64,000 bases of DNA, taken from positions 369,284-433,283 of the forward strand of contig JBBIRK010000001.1 of assembly GCA_037441845.1 (NCBI GenBank), written 5' to 3'. The position numbers were made by a program, and so were the translations under genes. The first letter of the stretch is position 1. Each line of letters starts with the position of its first letter. A model generated the notes under the pieces. That model saw only the letters and a program-made list of their open reading frames with translations. It was not told the origin of the DNA and did not search any database. Below, piece by piece: positions 50,544 to 61,056 of the stretch. This DNA comes from Candidatus Zixiibacteriota bacterium. Lineage in GTDB: Bacteria > Zixibacteria > MSB-5A5 > UBA10806 > 4484-95.

Positions 50544-51956
50544 ATGGTGCCAAACACGGGGCAGGCAAGGCTGTCAATAGAGACTCCACAATTAAGTGTC
50601 GGCGCCAAGTCGACCTTGGCCGCGCTGAGTTTACTATCATGCGCCATGGCGATATTTCTGCCTTCTTCTCCGCAGATTCTGTTAGCAATGATTCTGCTGA
50701 TTGTTTTGCTGTCCGTAATGAAGGCGGGTTTCTCTCAGTATATCTTATTAGTAACTATTATACCGCCGGCGTTACAAATCAAAACCGAGCAGATCGGTCT
50801 TATCGGGCTGATTGCGGTGATCGGATTTGCTCTTTTCCAGGCGTTCGCTGAAATCGCGATCGGCAAAGGTCATTTCGTGCGCCATAGATTGATCGATTTC
50901 TTAATAGCCATAAATATATATTTTTCATTGAATACGTTCATATCCTCTCTTTACAATTCTTCGCTGAACCAAACCGCATTCATGGAGATTATGCGGTTTC
51001 TATTATATGCAGCGATTATAGGCATGGCGTATTATTTCACTACGGACATCAAAGCGGTGTATAAAATTATCTGGACGGCGATGGCGGGTTCGGTTCTACT
51101 TGCCTTGATCGGATATAAGCTGATTCTTGCTGCGGGATCAACCACATTCGATCTATATGGAGCCGCATTCCTGCATGCGGCAAGTCTCGGAACAGCCAAT
51201 GCCAACACCATAGCCACGATAATCGCCAACCCGATGCCGGTATTGATAGCCTATTTGATTTATGGAGAGAAACGAAGCTATAAATTTATTCTGAGCATAT
51301 TATTCGGGTTGCTATTTTTAGTTTGGATGATCTGGAATTCTCGGGCAAGTTATATATATTTATTTACTGCTATTCTCGCGCTCGTCGCGTTCCATAAGAA
51401 TAGATTGAGATATCTTCTGATAATATCCGCGATTACGATATTGGTTATTGTGCTTGCCCTAACCGAAGCTGTACCGATTTTGACCGATTTTCTTCGCCTC
51501 GGAATGGGCCTATCTCATCGCGAAGATTTATGGCTTGCCGGCTTGCGGATGATTGCCGAAAGCCCGTTATTGGGTAAGGGACCGAGCTATTTTGACCAAT
51601 CCAAATATTACTATATGGATCCCGGTCATGGCCGTCTCGTCGCAGGACCTTGGACGGGAATATCCCCTCATAATGTCCTGATTATGAGGGGAGTTGACAT
51701 GGGAATTCCAGCGATTTTCGCACAGCTTCTATATTGGATCTTCCCCTTGGTGTTTTTGGCCAGGCATGCGAAAAATATAAAAAATACCAATTACTATTAC
51801 CTATACCTGGCCGCCATGGCGGTTTGGATAGGCATAATCGGTAGATCCCAATTCGATACCGGGGCAAATATATTCAGCATGCTTATGCTTGCGGCATCCG
51901 TAAGGCTGCTCGAATTTGCAAGGAATAACGGTCAAGCAAATGTTCGCAATTTGTAG
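50544..51956 (+). CDS. O-antigen ligase/Wzy-like membrane protein
   Basis: NAN, SRAS, R..LW......I...PLLGKG, PHN. Confidence 0.8.
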   Translation: MVPNTGQARLSIETPQLSVGAKSTLAALSLLSCAMAIFLPSSPQILLAMILLIVLLSVMKAGFSQYILLVTIIPPALQIKTEQIGLIGLIAVIGFALFQAFAEIAIGKGHFVRHRLIDFLIAINIYFSLNTFISSLYNSSLNQTAFMEIMRFLLYAAIIGMAYYFTTDIKAVYKIIWTAMAGSVLLALIGYKLILAAGSTTFDLYGAAFLHAASLGTANANTIATIIANPMPVLIAYLIYGEKRSYKFILSILFGLLFLVWMIWNSRASYIYLFTAILALVAFHKNRLRYLLIISAITILVIVLALTEAVPILTDFLRLGMGLSHREDLWLAGLRMIAESPLLGKGPSYFDQSKYYYMDPGHGRLVAGPWTGISPHNVLIMRGVDMGIPAIFAQLLYWIFPLVFLARHAKNIKNTNYYYLYLAAMAVWIGIIGRSQFDTGANIFSMLMLAASVRLLEFARNNGQANVRNL

Positions 51957-52011
51957 TCATTTTCTAGATTTCAGAACCTGACATGGTCCACCTAACCCCT
52001 CGCATTTTCGC

Positions 52012-52039
52012 TTGACGCTGAAATCGGCACGGATATATT
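52012..52039 (+). promoter_or_regulatory. rpmH operon promoter
   Basis: TTGACG-16-TATATT. Confidence 0.55.
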
Positions 52040-52066
52040 GCAATATTATTAAAGACAGGAACGAAA

Positions 52067-52210
52067 ATGAAACGAACTTTTCAACCTTCAAAAAGAAAAA
52101 GAGTCAACGACCACGGCTTTCGCAAGAGAATGTCGACCAAGTCCGGCCGCGATGTGCTCAAGCGGCGCCGGGCAAAAGGACGCAAACGCCTGACCGTCTC
52201 CGATGAATGA
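52067..52210 (+). CDS. rpmH: 50S ribosomal protein L34 (absent from the ORF track)
   Basis: Manual translation [47 protein letters not shown]. Confidence 0.98.
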   Translation: MKRTFQPSKRKRVNDHGFRKRMSTKSGRDVLKRRRAKGRKRLTVSDE

Positions 52211-52550
52211 TCGCGCTTTGCGGCATCGCCATAATCGACTACCTATCGCCCAAAGGCTGACAAGCCGTAAATCGATCGTCAATATCCTGCGATCGGGCAA
52301 TATCGCCGATGGGAATCAGGCTAAACTTTACTTTCTGCCCCAAAGCCAAAGCGCATTCACCATTATCGTCGGCAAGAAGGTGGGCAACGCCGTCAGAAGA
52401 AATAGAATCAAGCGCATAATCAGAGAGTTCATGCGGCAGAATAAAGCTCTATGGCCGCCGAATACGCAAATGGTCATCAAAATAAATGAGCCGGTGACCG
52501 ACGAACAGGCTTTGATAAACGAAATCAAGCAATTACTGTCAGGAATCTGA
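52203..52550 (+). CDS. rnpA: Ribonuclease P protein component
   Basis: [14 protein letters not shown]; synteny with rpmH. Confidence 0.93.
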   Translation: MNDRALRHRHNRLPIAQRLTSRKSIVNILRSGNIADGNQAKLYFLPQSQSAFTIIVGKKVGNAVRRNRIKRIIREFMRQNKALWPPNTQMVIKINEPVTDEQALINEIKQLLSGI

Positions 52551-52556
52551 CCACAC

Positions 52557-52769
52557 ATGCTGCCCAGGATACTGGCCTACATCATAAGACTTTACCAAGT
52601 CAGCATCGGACTGCTTTTCGCCGGCAGTTGCCGTTATTATCCGACATGCTCGGAATACGCAAGACAGGCCGTGCTTAAAAAGGGGATATTCAAAGGTATC
52701 GCGATGGGGACGTGGCGGATTTTGCGTTGCAATCCTTTCAGCCGCGGCGGTTATGATCCTGTCGATTGA
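52557..52769 (+). CDS. yidD: Membrane protein insertion efficiency factor
   Basis: [24 protein letters not shown]. Confidence 0.95.
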   Translation: MLPRILAYIIRLYQVSIGLLFAGSCRYYPTCSEYARQAVLKKGIFKGIAMGTWRILRCNPFSRGGYDPVD

Positions 52770-52791
52770 GCGATAAGCCTATAGGAGCGAT

Positions 52792-54474
52792 ATGGACAAG
52801 AAAGCGATAATCGGTTTCGTGCTGTTAATGTTGCTATTAATACTTTGGCCGTATTGGAATCGTCTTTTCTATAATCCGCCGCCGGCTGCCCCATCGGATA
52901 CCACATCCGCCACCCCGCCTGTCGATACAATGAAAGCAGAAACTGCGCCGCCTCCCAATCCGACTTCGGCCAGCGAACCGGAAATATTTGTGGAGCCTCC
53001 TGCCGAACCTGAACGTCTGATTCGAGTCGAGAACGAGGATTTTATCGCGGTTTTTTCCTCTTACGGCGGGCTTCTGAAGTCATTCCAATTGAAAAAATAC
53101 CAGACGGAAGCCCAGGGAAACGGTCAAGGGCCGGTAATGCTGGTCGATTCGACCCTGACATCGATCGTGGGCTTTCCCGGAGCCTTGACCATAACGGCCG
53201 ATGATTCGCCTCATCGCGTAAATCACCTTGCTTGCGAAATCGAGGGCTCCGATATCGTTTTGAGGAAAGGCGATCCGCCGGCAAAATTGGCGTTCGTGGT
53301 CCGCGGTCCCGATGACAGCTATTTAAGGCGCGAATATCAATTTCCCGCCCGTGGATATCGATATACCGTTTCCGTGGAAATAAAAAAACCGGCCGCGTTC
53401 GGTCTGGATAAGAAGATAACTTTCGGCTGGTTCAGGGCGATCATGCCGACGGAAAAAGATTTCAGGGAAGACCTCGGCAAGTTCGCCGCGTTCTACAACA
53501 TGGGCGGCGAAGTGGTCGAACACGATAAAATCGACAAAGAACACACCAGCCAGGTCTTCACCGGCAGTTCCCGCTGGGTGGCGGTAAGAACCAAGTATTT
53601 CGTCAACGCCATAATCGCTGGAACGCTCGAGGGAAACGAAGTTACGATAAACGGCACTCAGGCGACGCTTACCGGATTCGACAAGAAACAGCACGGCTGG
53701 AAAAAATTCGGTGCGGGCATCAGCTACGAAATAAAGGGAGATTCATTCGCGGCCGATTTCCAGATCTTCAGCGGACCGCTCGATTACTATATGCTGGAGG
53801 ATATCGGATTCGCGCTCGGAAAGTTGGTGGATCTTGGCTGGTCGCCGTTTCGGCCGTTCGCTATCGCCATTCTATGGATTTTCGTGAAACTGCACAAAAT
53901 TCTGTTCAATTACGGAATCGTCATAATCGTTTTCTCTATACTCATGAAACTCGCTTTCTGGCCTCTCACCCGCAAAAGCTCAACTTCAATGTATCGGATG
54001 AAGGAGCTTACGCCGAAACTGCAGGAATTACGCGCCCGCTATAAGGACGACCCCCAGAAAATGAACATGGAGACTATGAAGCTTTACCGCGAATTCGGTG
54101 TCAACCCGTTCAGCTCGTGCCTGCCGCTGCTGATCCAGTTGCCGATTTTCTGGGCCTTGTTCTCGGTGCTCAAGAATTCGATCGAGATGCGGGCGGCCGA
54201 ATTGATACTTTGGATAACCGACCTTTCGCAGAAAGATCCCTACTATGTGCTGCCGATCATCATGGGGATTTCCATGTATATTCAGCAAAAACTGACGATA
54301 ACCGACCCGAAACAGAAGTTGCTGGTATATTTCATGCCGATCCTTTTCACTTTCTTGTTCGCTCAGTGGCCGTCGGGGCTGGTGCTCTATTGGACCGTCT
54401 TCAACGTCGTCAGCATTTTCGAGCAACTCAGCATAAAGCGAAAACTCGAAGCGGAAAAAGCGATCGCCTCATAG
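52792..54474 (+). CDS. yidC: Membrane protein insertase
   Basis: NYG..II, GVNP...CLP.L.Q.PI, WI.DLS..DP, PSGL.LYW. Confidence 0.96.
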   Translation: MDKKAIIGFVLLMLLLILWPYWNRLFYNPPPAAPSDTTSATPPVDTMKAETAPPPNPTSASEPEIFVEPPAEPERLIRVENEDFIAVFSSYGGLLKSFQLKKYQTEAQGNGQGPVMLVDSTLTSIVGFPGALTITADDSPHRVNHLACEIEGSDIVLRKGDPPAKLAFVVRGPDDSYLRREYQFPARGYRYTVSVEIKKPAAFGLDKKITFGWFRAIMPTEKDFREDLGKFAAFYNMGGEVVEHDKIDKEHTSQVFTGSSRWVAVRTKYFVNAIIAGTLEGNEVTINGTQATLTGFDKKQHGWKKFGAGISYEIKGDSFAADFQIFSGPLDYYMLEDIGFALGKLVDLGWSPFRPFAIAILWIFVKLHKILFNYGIVIIVFSILMKLAFWPLTRKSSTSMYRMKELTPKLQELRARYKDDPQKMNMETMKLYREFGVNPFSSCLPLLIQLPIFWALFSVLKNSIEMRAAELILWITDLSQKDPYYVLPIIMGISMYIQQKLTITDPKQKLLVYFMPILFTFLFAQWPSGLVLYWTVFNVVSIFEQLSIKRKLEAEKAIAS

Positions 54475-54636
54475 CTGAAATTCCGGCACGGACCGATCGC
54501 CCATAAGTAGATATTAGAGCATAACATAAAAGAGCGCTGTTATCCGACCCGCTGGCGATGGCATTTTATACCATGCGCAATTGAGATGCGCTCTTTTTGG
54601 AGCTCAGGTAAATTCAATCCCAAGGATAAGCCCGAT

Positions 54637-55635
54637 TCATTCCTTCACGTCTTGCAGAAGCCGGTCCACTATCGCAAGCGCATTCACACCCTCGGCCTCC
54701 GCCGCGAACGAGGTTACGATACGATGTCGCAACACCGGCCGCGCCACCGCTCTGACATCATCGATCGAGGGAGTGGGGCGTCCATAAAGCACCGCCCTGG
54801 TTTTAGCGCCAAGTATAAGATACTGGGAGGCGCGAGGCCCGGCGCCCCAGGTCACCCAATTTCTGATATAGTCGGGAACGGAACCGTCGTGGCTCCGCCG
54901 CGTCGCTCGGGCAAGTCGCACCGCAAATGCAATGACGTGATCCGAAACCGGAACTCTTCGCACAAGCCCTTGCAGGTCGAGAATCTCCTCGGCTTTCATG
55001 ATGACATCGACGTTCGATTGATAGGCGGAGGTCGTCTTTCTCACGATTTCGTTTTCCTGTTCCTCGGATGGATAATCGACCGAAATGTTGAACATGAAAC
55101 GATCGAGCTGGGCCTCGGGCAAAGGATATGTCCCCTCGAGTTCGATAGGATTCTGGGTCGCCAGCACGAAAAACGGTTGATCAAGCTTATAGGTCGACCC
55201 GGCGGCGGTCACTTCGTTTTCCTGCATCGCCTGCAAGAGAGCCGCCTGTGTCTTTGGCGGTGTCCGATTGATTTCATCGGCCAGCACGATATTGGCGAAA
55301 ACCGGCCCCTTGATGAACCTGAACTCCCGGGTTCCGCTGCTTCGATTTTCCTCTATCAGTTCGGTTCCGGTTATATCCGATGGCATCAAATCGGGGGTGA
55401 ATTGAATGCGAGCGAATTTCAAATCCAGAGTCTTGGCAAGAGTGGAAATCATCAGAGTCTTGGCTAATCCCGGAACACCCACCAAAAGGCAATGGCCTCG
55501 GGCAAGAATCGCGATTAAAAGCTCTTCAATCACTCTATCCTGGCCGACTATGACCTTGCCGAGTTCGGATTTTATCCGCCCGAACCCTTCTTTCAACCGC
55601 TCCATGGTCTCGAGATCGCGTTTATCGGAAACCAT
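54637..55635 (-). CDS. moxR: MoxR family AAA+ ATPase
   Basis: GVPGLAKT, RIQFTPDLMPSD, DEINR, ATQNPIE, LRHR. Confidence 0.93.
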   Translation of the reverse strand: MVSDKRDLETMERLKEGFGRIKSELGKVIVGQDRVIEELLIAILARGHCLLVGVPGLAKTLMISTLAKTLDLKFARIQFTPDLMPSDITGTELIEENRSSGTREFRFIKGPVFANIVLADEINRTPPKTQAALLQAMQENEVTAAGSTYKLDQPFFVLATQNPIELEGTYPLPEAQLDRFMFNISVDYPSEEQENEIVRKTTSAYQSNVDVIMKAEEILDLQGLVRRVPVSDHVIAFAVRLARATRRSHDGSVPDYIRNWVTWGAGPRASQYLILGAKTRAVLYGRPTPSIDDVRAVARPVLRHRIVTSFAAEAEGVNALAIVDRLLQDVKE

Positions 55636-55749
55636 TTATCCTCCAATTTTCTATAAAGGCGCGATTATATCCGAACTCGGAATATAAACCGCCTGAGGTT
55701 CGCTTGCGCATATTATACGCACGGGCGCTGACCTAAAAAACAGCTTTTT

Positions 55750-57186
55750 TCATCTTTGGCTATTTTTGGCTCTTCGGCCGAAAATCATTTCCCGCAACGT
55801 CAACGCTATTATTTTCAGATCGAACACCAACGACCAGTTTTCCACATAATACAAGTCATACCGGGTTCTTTCGTTTATCGAGGTATCGCCTCGAAACCCG
55901 TTTACCTGCGCCCAACCGGTCATGCCCGATTTGACCCGATGACGCTGGAAATATCGCGGTATCCCCTCGCGGAACTTTTCCACAAACGACGGCTGCTCCG
56001 GCCGCGGCCCGACCAGACTCATCTGCCCAGCCAGCACGTTGACCAACTGCGGCAACTCATCGATATTGCTTTTGCGCAAAATGCGTCCAACCCTGGTCTG
56101 CCGGGGATCGTTATCCACGGTCCAGGCAGGTGGTGCATTGGGCGCATATTTCATGGTGCGAAGTTTGAATATCCAGAATTCGCGGCCGTCCCGTCCCAGC
56201 CTCTGCTGCCGATAAAAAACCGGCCCGCGTGAATCGAGCTTGATCAGCGGCGCTACGACCACGAGTATCGGCAAAAATATAATCAACCCGACCAGCGATC
56301 CGATTATATCCAACACTCGTTTGAGCAACCGGGAATACCCCTCAAGCGGCGTTTTGCCCCAGCGGATCAGCGGTATCCCCTCTATCTGCAAGGTCTCGGC
56401 CCTGCTGGTTATCAATCCGAGAGTCCCTGGAATCATCATATATTCCAGATGCAGATGGTCGATTTCGAGAATAAGTTGCTCAATGATTCGGTTTTTCTCC
56501 GGTGGAATCGAAAAAATCAGCATATCGATTCGGTATCGTTCGATCAACTCCCCGAGTTCATCGATATTCCCAAGTTTTGGCAAATGCCCCTCGAAATTCG
56601 TTATCTCCGCGGTATCGCCGTTATCATCGGCCACAGCCAGCCCGACGAATCCGATCGGCTCAATTCCCCAAGCGGGCTGAAGCCGCAATTTTTGTCCGAG
56701 GAGCCGGCCCGGCTGCTCATCTCCCACAATTATAGCCCGTTTGACGCCGCGCCCGGAACGCAGCAGGGCAAGTTCCAATCGATAACAGGATTCGCGCAGA
56801 AAAAATATGACTACAAGAGAAATCCCCCAGCCATATGCCATCACTAGCCGGGAGAAACTTTCGCCGCGATAAAAAAAGGTGGTGGCAAGAATAATCAACG
56901 TGCCTATGGTTACGCCTCTTGCGGTTTCATAAAATCGATCGAACGAGGACGGGCTCCGCTTGCGGTAATGTCCGAGCAAGCCGAATATCAAAACCCAGAC
57001 CAGCGCGACATATATGATCGCTTGAAAATAAACTCCGAGATCGGGAATTCCCCGAGTCACCGGAAAAATCTTGGTGGCGATCGAGAAAAATCTCATCTGG
57101 AACGCCAGATAAAAACCAATCAGCGTGCCTGACAGATCCGCGGCGATATAAATTAGCGGAAGGAAATATCGTGTATGTTTGGTCAT
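55750..57186 (-). CDS. Undecaprenyl-phosphate sugar phosphotransferase (WcaJ/WbaP-like)
   Basis: KRVLD, KLRTM, DELPQL.NV..G.MSLVGPRPE, GMTGWAQV. Confidence 0.93.
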   Translation of the reverse strand: MTKHTRYFLPLIYIAADLSGTLIGFYLAFQMRFFSIATKIFPVTRGIPDLGVYFQAIIYVALVWVLIFGLLGHYRKRSPSSFDRFYETARGVTIGTLIILATTFFYRGESFSRLVMAYGWGISLVVIFFLRESCYRLELALLRSGRGVKRAIIVGDEQPGRLLGQKLRLQPAWGIEPIGFVGLAVADDNGDTAEITNFEGHLPKLGNIDELGELIERYRIDMLIFSIPPEKNRIIEQLILEIDHLHLEYMMIPGTLGLITSRAETLQIEGIPLIRWGKTPLEGYSRLLKRVLDIIGSLVGLIIFLPILVVVAPLIKLDSRGPVFYRQQRLGRDGREFWIFKLRTMKYAPNAPPAWTVDNDPRQTRVGRILRKSNIDELPQLVNVLAGQMSLVGPRPEQPSFVEKFREGIPRYFQRHRVKSGMTGWAQVNGFRGDTSINERTRYDLYYVENWSLVFDLKIIALTLREMIFGRRAKNSQR

Positions 57187-58352
57187 TTCAGAAGGCGGGC
57201 CTCGAGTTCGAATTTCCCCTCGCTGCGGAAAATGCCGACCGCATCGATCATGAACGATTTGAATTTCTCTAAAAATGTTTCCCGAGAAAAACGCAGCGCA
57301 TTATTCCTTATCGCAACGGGATCGAAAGTCATGTTTTCGAATTTTTCGATCGCCCTGCGTAGCTCCTCTTCCGCCTGTGTTCCGAAAAAAACTCCGGTGG
57401 CCGATTTCGAATCGGCCGCCTCGGCCGTTCCCCCGGGTCCGATAACGGTTTCACGCACTCCCCCTTCGGCCAAAGCGATCACCGGACGCCCGCAGGCTTG
57501 CGCCTCCACCGGGACGATGCCGAAATCCTCGACGCCGGGGAAAATCAGAGCGCGGCAATTGCGATAGTACTCCCTCAGTTCATCGTTATCGACCCAACCG
57601 GCGAAGCTGATATTCCGGCCGGCCATTCCGGCAAGCGTTCCCAGCATCGGACCATCGCCGACCACGACCAGTTTTCGTTTCGTTTGCGAAAATACTCTTA
57701 CGGCGAGATCGACCCGTTTATACGGCACCAAAGCGCTGACTATAAGGTAGTAGTCTTCCGAGGGCTTTGCGGCCGGCGTAAAAAAATCGGTGTCCACCGG
57801 CGGATAAATCACGAATGAATCACGTCCGTAATAATTCTTGATCCGCATCGAAACGTATTGCGAATCGGCGATGAAAAGGTCGGCCCTTCCGGCGGTCGCC
57901 ACATCCCAACGCCGCAACCATCGACAGATATGCTTGATAAATTGATAGCGCAGAGGATTTATCGATTCTTTCGGGAAATAGTCGGCGAAACGATCCCAGA
58001 TATACCTCATCGGCGAAAAACAATAGCAAACGTGAAGCGTGTTCTTGCCGGTCTTTGCGCCTTTGGCCACGCAGTGCGAACACGAGATCACCAAATCGAA
58101 ATTACGAAAATCGAACCGCTCTATTGCTATCGGGAAAAGCGGAAGGTAATGTCGATAATGTTTCCTACGCAGCGGAAGATGTTGAATGAATGAGGTCTTG
58201 ATCTCATGCCGCTTGAGTTCTGCCGATAAATGTTCCGGATCGCTGAAAAGCGTGTAAATTCTGGCCTCCGGGAAAATGCCGGCGATCGCCTGCAAGACTT
58301 TTTCGCCGCCTCGCATTCCATTGAGCCAATCGTGAACCAGCGCTACTCTCAT
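57183..58352 (-). CDS. GT4 glycosyltransferase (WbaZ-like)
   Basis: HDWL...RGGE.V, PMRY.W, EDFGIVPVEA. Confidence 0.9.
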   Translation of the reverse strand: MRVALVHDWLNGMRGGEKVLQAIAGIFPEARIYTLFSDPEHLSAELKRHEIKTSFIQHLPLRRKHYRHYLPLFPIAIERFDFRNFDLVISCSHCVAKGAKTGKNTLHVCYCFSPMRYIWDRFADYFPKESINPLRYQFIKHICRWLRRWDVATAGRADLFIADSQYVSMRIKNYYGRDSFVIYPPVDTDFFTPAAKPSEDYYLIVSALVPYKRVDLAVRVFSQTKRKLVVVGDGPMLGTLAGMAGRNISFAGWVDNDELREYYRNCRALIFPGVEDFGIVPVEAQACGRPVIALAEGGVRETVIGPGGTAEAADSKSATGVFFGTQAEEELRRAIEKFENMTFDPVAIRNNALRFSRETFLEKFKSFMIDAVGIFRSEGKFELEARLLK

Positions 58353-58359
58353 GGCCCGG

Positions 58360-59481
58360 CTAAATCAACTTTCTATAGGCGGCCAACGCCTCCGCGGCTA
58401 TTCGATCGTTATTGAATTCAGCCACCTGGTCTGCACATCGATCATGTAATATGCGCCAAAGTGAATCGTCATAGGCGAGCTTTTTCATGGCCGCCGCGAT
58501 CGCCTCGACGTCATACGAATCGACCAACAAACCGGCGTCGCCGACCACTTCCGGAAGCGACGAGTTGTCACCCGCGATTACCGGCGTGCCGCACCTTATC
58601 GACTCGAGTAAAGGCATGCCGAAACCCTCATACAGCGATGGATATATCAAATAACGAGCCCCGTTGTAAACCGCAACCAGGTCATCATCCGGCAAATAGC
58701 CGAGTTTCATTATTCGCTTACCAAAAGCCGAGCCATCTATCCGCTCGTGAATCTCCCGATTCGACCACCCCGGGGCGCCTGCGATAACCAGAGCGTAATC
58801 ATCGGCTATTCCCGACCGTTCATAAGCCTCCACGAGGCGAACCAGATTTTTTCGGGGTTCGATATTTCCTACAAACAGAATATACGGGCTATTCAGTCCG
58901 AATCGATCCAGGACGAGCCCGAGCTCTTCACCTTCGATTCTTCGATATGTTTCGGAAATTACCGGATAAATAATCTCGACTTTCTCCGGCTGCACGCCCA
59001 GCATTTCGATTACGTCTTTCTTCGTATTCGCCGAATCTGCCCAGATCTGGTCGGCGCGGGCGCAATAATCGCGGATCTTTCTGGCGAAATGAATGCGGGC
59101 GCCCTTATTGGCGAATTCAGGAAAAATAAGAAACGACAAATCGTGAATAGTGATTACTCTCCGGGCTTGCCTTGCCGGTATCAAGGTATAATTCGTTGAA
59201 TGGACTATATCCGCTTCGCCGAAGAAGTATTCCACCGGCGGCCGGCCGGCAAAAGCCCACAGGGCGCTTATCAAGCGATTCGGCAATTCGATAAAGTAGT
59301 CATGAGTGCGGTTATCATTCCAGCGAACTATATATCCGTTTTTCTTATTGTATCGACCATAAAGCATCTTCAGAGTGATATCATCTCCGGATTTGAGAAT
59401 CGCCTTAATCAGATTCAACGTATACTGCCCGACTCCCGAGTTGGTCGCACTCATCAAGCGCATATCATAACCGATTATCAT
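58360..59481 (-). CDS. GT4 glycosyltransferase (WbaB/MtfB-like)
   Basis: GVGQY, TIHDL, EPRKN, YEGFGMP.LE. Confidence 0.9.
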   Translation of the reverse strand: MIIGYDMRLMSATNSGVGQYTLNLIKAILKSGDDITLKMLYGRYNKKNGYIVRWNDNRTHDYFIELPNRLISALWAFAGRPPVEYFFGEADIVHSTNYTLIPARQARRVITIHDLSFLIFPEFANKGARIHFARKIRDYCARADQIWADSANTKKDVIEMLGVQPEKVEIIYPVISETYRRIEGEELGLVLDRFGLNSPYILFVGNIEPRKNLVRLVEAYERSGIADDYALVIAGAPGWSNREIHERIDGSAFGKRIMKLGYLPDDDLVAVYNGARYLIYPSLYEGFGMPLLESIRCGTPVIAGDNSSLPEVVGDAGLLVDSYDVEAIAAAMKKLAYDDSLWRILHDRCADQVAEFNNDRIAAEALAAYRKLI

Positions 59482-59605
59482 CGACCCTTGCTCCGTAAAC
59501 CATGATTTTCGGGATCGATTGAGCCGACGTCATTAAAACCTTCCGTATTCCTCCCGGGGAGACAATTGGTCATTCGAAGGCACTCACTCGACAAACGCTT
59601 CAACA

Positions 59606-61056
59606 TCATCCCTCGATCGTGTTTTTTTTCCATAATCGCGATGCCATACGAAAATCGTCTCGGCGTAATCCTCCGAATAAGGTTAAGAGTACGATTACGA
59701 TTATTGCGCCTATGGCGATTCGAACAATCAAAGGCCATGCGTCAGTTCGTACTAAAAATACCGCCATCGCCGCCAACGCCGGCGCCAACGGTAATATCCA
59801 GACGAATAGAACCCGCACCGGCAAATGTCTCCTTAAAAAAAGAAATCCCCCTATCCACGAGACCGACTCCGATACCACGGCGGTGACCGCCGCTCCGTAT
59901 CTGCCAAACGACGGCACCAACAAGGCGTTCAGAATAAAGTTGACCGCCGTAGCGGCGGCCACCACGATAAGCAGCTTTTTTTTCATATTGCGGGCGACCA
60001 GATGTGTCCCCTGAAGAGAGGTCATGAACATCAAAGCCAGTGCCCAGATCAAAATTTGCAGAACGGGCACGGCCGGCAAGTAGGAGTCCGGATAAAGCAA
60101 ATCGAAAATCGGCCCGGCCAGCAACGTCACTCCGGCGGCGGCGGAAAATCCGAAATAAAACATATACATATAAGCCCGATGGTAAAGGACGTCCAGTCGC
60201 TCTGGCTCCTTTTCGGTATATTCCGACATACGCGGCAAGACCGTCATCGAAAAAGTGGCTGGCAGCAACAACAGGCTGTTTATGATCGAATACGCCGAAT
60301 TATAATAGCCGACCTCTAAATCACCGCGAAAATGCGAAAGGAAAATAAACGAAGCTCTATAATAAAGCATGGTCAGCAGAGCCGTCACTCCAAGTGGAGC
60401 GGCCGCTCTGATCACCGTCTTTGCGCGCTCCAACGACCAGGCAAATGCAATGGGTGCGATTCTAAAATGCACCACCAGGGCGATTCCGGCGGAACAAATC
60501 AGGGCCGAGCCTAATTGCGCGCCGCCGATCCCCACGATTCCCAGACCGGCCGCAAGCACCGCCAGCCCCGAAAGCGTATTGACGCTCTGGGTGATAAGTG
60601 ACAGCAGGCTATATAATCTGAACCGTTCGAATCCGGATATCGTGCTGGTGAACGCCCCCGCCAGCGTCGTAAAGGTCATGGCGCCCGCCAAAAGCCAAAT
60701 GAGCTTGCGAACGTCCGGCGGCTTATCGATAGCTATCGATAACGGCAACAATATCGCCAGGGAGACAACCACAAGCAGCGCCCTGGCGAATAAAGCATCG
60801 GCAAGTAAACCGCTGACGTTGCCGCTCCTTCTGATTATCGCGACCTGACGCGTCTGATAGGTGCTTATGCCAAATTCAGAAAAGATGGCGAAAAAGGCGA
60901 CCAAAGAAACCGCGAATCCGAATTGCCCGAATTGCTCGACGCCGAGGATGCGAGCCGCGTAAAGGGTAAAAAAAAAGATAAAATTTTAACGGCTATCTGC
61001 CCGGCTATCATTATCAAAGAATTGCCGGCGAGGCTGCGCTTCCCATTGTCGGTCAT
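59606..61056 (-). pseudogene. Wzx-type flippase, frameshifted in a T9 tract at 60968-60976
   Basis: ATG 61056 overlaps the gmhA stop; one extra T gives ...KILSFFFTLYAARILGVEQFGQFGFAVSLVAFF..., a typical Wzx N-terminus. Confidence 0.8.

Noticed and set aside
52012..52206. 64-aa ORF in the supplied track
   Set aside because: Wrong frame; the real gene is rpmH at 52067-52210.
54586..55467. 293-aa ORF antisense to moxR
   Set aside because: Antisense shadow of a conserved ATPase.
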